From: Octopus sinensis
Lineage: Eukaryota
Reading direction: 5' to 3'
Length of the DNA: 64,000 bases
Assembly (NCBI RefSeq): GCF_006345805.1
Contig: NC_043001.1
Coordinates: 125,674,001-125,738,000, forward strand
The position numbers and the translations under genes were made by a program. Below are positions 62,179 to 64,000 of the stretch, one piece after another. Every line of letters starts with the position of its first letter. Within the stretch, counting starts at the first letter, position 1. The notes beneath the pieces were generated by a model. It was not told the DNA's origin. It ran no database searches and saw only the letters and a program-made list of their open reading frames with translations.

Positions 62179-62364
62179 AAAGTAGTTATATGCTGTCAAC
62201 TTAATGTGACAGTCCCACGAAGGGAATAATACTACTGCTATTTAGCCCTAGGAAGCAATACTGCTTCCTGTCAGCCATGCAGTGCTGCTTCCTAGGGCTA
62301 AATAGCAGTAGTATTATTCCCTTCGTGGGACTGTCACATTAAGTTGATAGCATACAACTACTTT
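62179..62364. repeat. 86-bp-arm fold-back with 14-nt loop
   Basis: 62179-62264 pairs with 62279-62364, with about four mismatches. Confidence 0.92.
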
Positions 62365-62384
62365 ATGTGTGTGTGTGTGTGTGT

Positions 62385-62845
62385 ATAAAATACAAAATGG
62401 GACAAGAGCACAAAACATCCGGACAACTAGGTGACACAAAAAAGGACAACAAAACATCCAGAAAGAGGATACAAAGAAAACAAGGACGGGTCATTCGAAG
62501 CTTTTTATCCTCAGTCAAGAACCAGATTATCCTCGCAATTTCGGCTGATTAATCTTGAGATTGCTCTAATCTGGCCAGCTCCAAGGAAAAAACTAAGCTG
62601 AGAGCATTATATTCCTTGGAAATATATATATATAAATATATGTAACATTGTCCCGTTTTTTTCTGTCCTTGTTTTTGTATACATTCGCTGCTTTCTTCCA
62701 AGGAATCTAATGCTCTTAGCTTAGTTTTTCCTTGGGGCTGGACAGATTGGAGCAATCTCAAGTATAATCAGCCAAAATTGCGAAGATAATCTGTTACTTG
62801 ACTGAAGAAAGAAAACTTTGAATGACCTGTCCTTGTTTTCTTTGT
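62385..62845. mobile_element. Inverted pair of a dispersed (probably Penelope-like) repeat
   Basis: ~62470-62610 is inverted at ~62695-62845; same family as 20548-20830. Confidence 0.65.
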
Positions 62846-63526
62846 ATATATATATATGTGTGTGTGTGTGTGTGGATGTATGTATGTATGTGCGTATATA
62901 TATATATATATATATAACCAAAATAAGCAACAGGATATCAAAAAGTGATGCAGACGACCGTTTCAAGCGGCTCCATTTAATTGAACAATGCAATCATTTC
63001 ATCAATTTAAATGCAGGGCTATCCTTAGCTGCACAAATAAATAAATAGAATTTTAATCAGTTGGACACATTAATATATTAATATAATTTTACTCAACTAC
63101 TCTAATAGAGCAAAAAGATAGAAAAAGTCCATGTTGTCACTATTGTAGCTAAGAATATACTACACTTCCAAGAAATGTATGAAGTTTGTTGGAGTCATAG
63201 CTTGTAAAGGATTGTGGTTCATTTTTAATTTATTAGTCTTTTTATCAACTACTAAATCTAAGACTAGAAGACTGTGTCTGTTTAGAATGGAGGGCAGGAG
63301 TGAGTTGACAGCTCATACCTGAGTATGGTCATAAATATTGTCAAGATTTTAGGAGTAGTATAAAGTAACTATCTATAAAGGAGGTTGGGTAGGGGTAGAT
63401 CCAGAATCAAGATGTTAATTACCAGTTAAAGGGGCAAGATACTAATAAAAACTATGATGCTAATACAGATATATAGATATGTGTGTGTGTGTGTATGTTT
63501 GTGTATGTATGTATATATATATATAT

Positions 63527-63626
63527 NNNNNNNNNNNNNNNNNNNNNNNNNNNNNNNNNNNNNNNNNNNNNNNNNNNNNNNNNNNNNNNNNNNNNNNNNN
63601 NNNNNNNNNNNNNNNNNNNNNNNNNN
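63527..63626. other. Assembly gap (100 N)
   Basis: Run of N; sequence after the gap repeats 62558-62905. Confidence 0.99.
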
Positions 63627-63959
63627 AGATTGCTCTAATCTGGCAGCTCCAAGGAAAAAACTAAGCTGAGAGCATTATATTCCTTGGAATATATATATAT
63701 AAATATATGTAACATTGTCCCGTTTTTTTCTGTCCTTGTTTTTGTATACATTCGCTGCTTTCTTCCAAGGAATCTAATGCTCTTAGCTTAGTTTTTTCTT
63801 GGGCTGGACAGATTGGAGGCAATCTCAAGTATAATCAGCCAAATTGCGAGATGATAATCTGTTACTTGACTGAAGAAAGAAACTTTGAATGACCTGTCCT
63901 TGTTTTCTTTGTTATATATATATATGTTGTGTGTGTGTGTGGATGTATGTATGTATGTG

Positions 63960-64000
<41 letters not shown>

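Noticed and set aside
62480-62545. CTGAGGA...GAAT motif in the 20.6/62.5-kb repeat family
   Set aside because: No GAAA after stem II and no stem I pairing found by eye.

Overview
Repeat-dense animal genomic DNA, inferred to be Octopus from its SINE, RTE and Penelope repeat families and the abundant (TA)n/(CA)n/(CAT)n microsatellites. One protein-coding gene is supported: five GT-AG exons of an IQCK-like gene (IQ motif-containing K) on the minus strand, 58313 to 31551. These splice in phase into 160 codons, and the 5' exon(s) were not found. Most ORF-track entries are microsatellite or transposon artefacts. The rest of the window is RTE, CR1, Tx1/L1, R4/Dong and L2-like LINE remnants, several tRNA-SINE families, four mariner remnants (one full length with TIRs), two non-autonomous Helitrons and a hAT MITE. 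The top finding is a ~547-bp non-coding unit at 16.5-17.8 kb, present head-to-tail and inverted, that folds into a type I hammerhead ribozyme (retrozyme or Penelope-like architecture). Five other Penelope-like remnants also carry minimal hammerhead folds, one with a G3-C8 core swap. Other notable items are a 158-bp microhomology-flanked templated insertion, an RTE-tailed element whose 5' tandem module differs between copies, and a 42-bp minisatellite with a 7-unit higher-order repeat. All alignments and folds were done by eye; no searches or folding programs were run.
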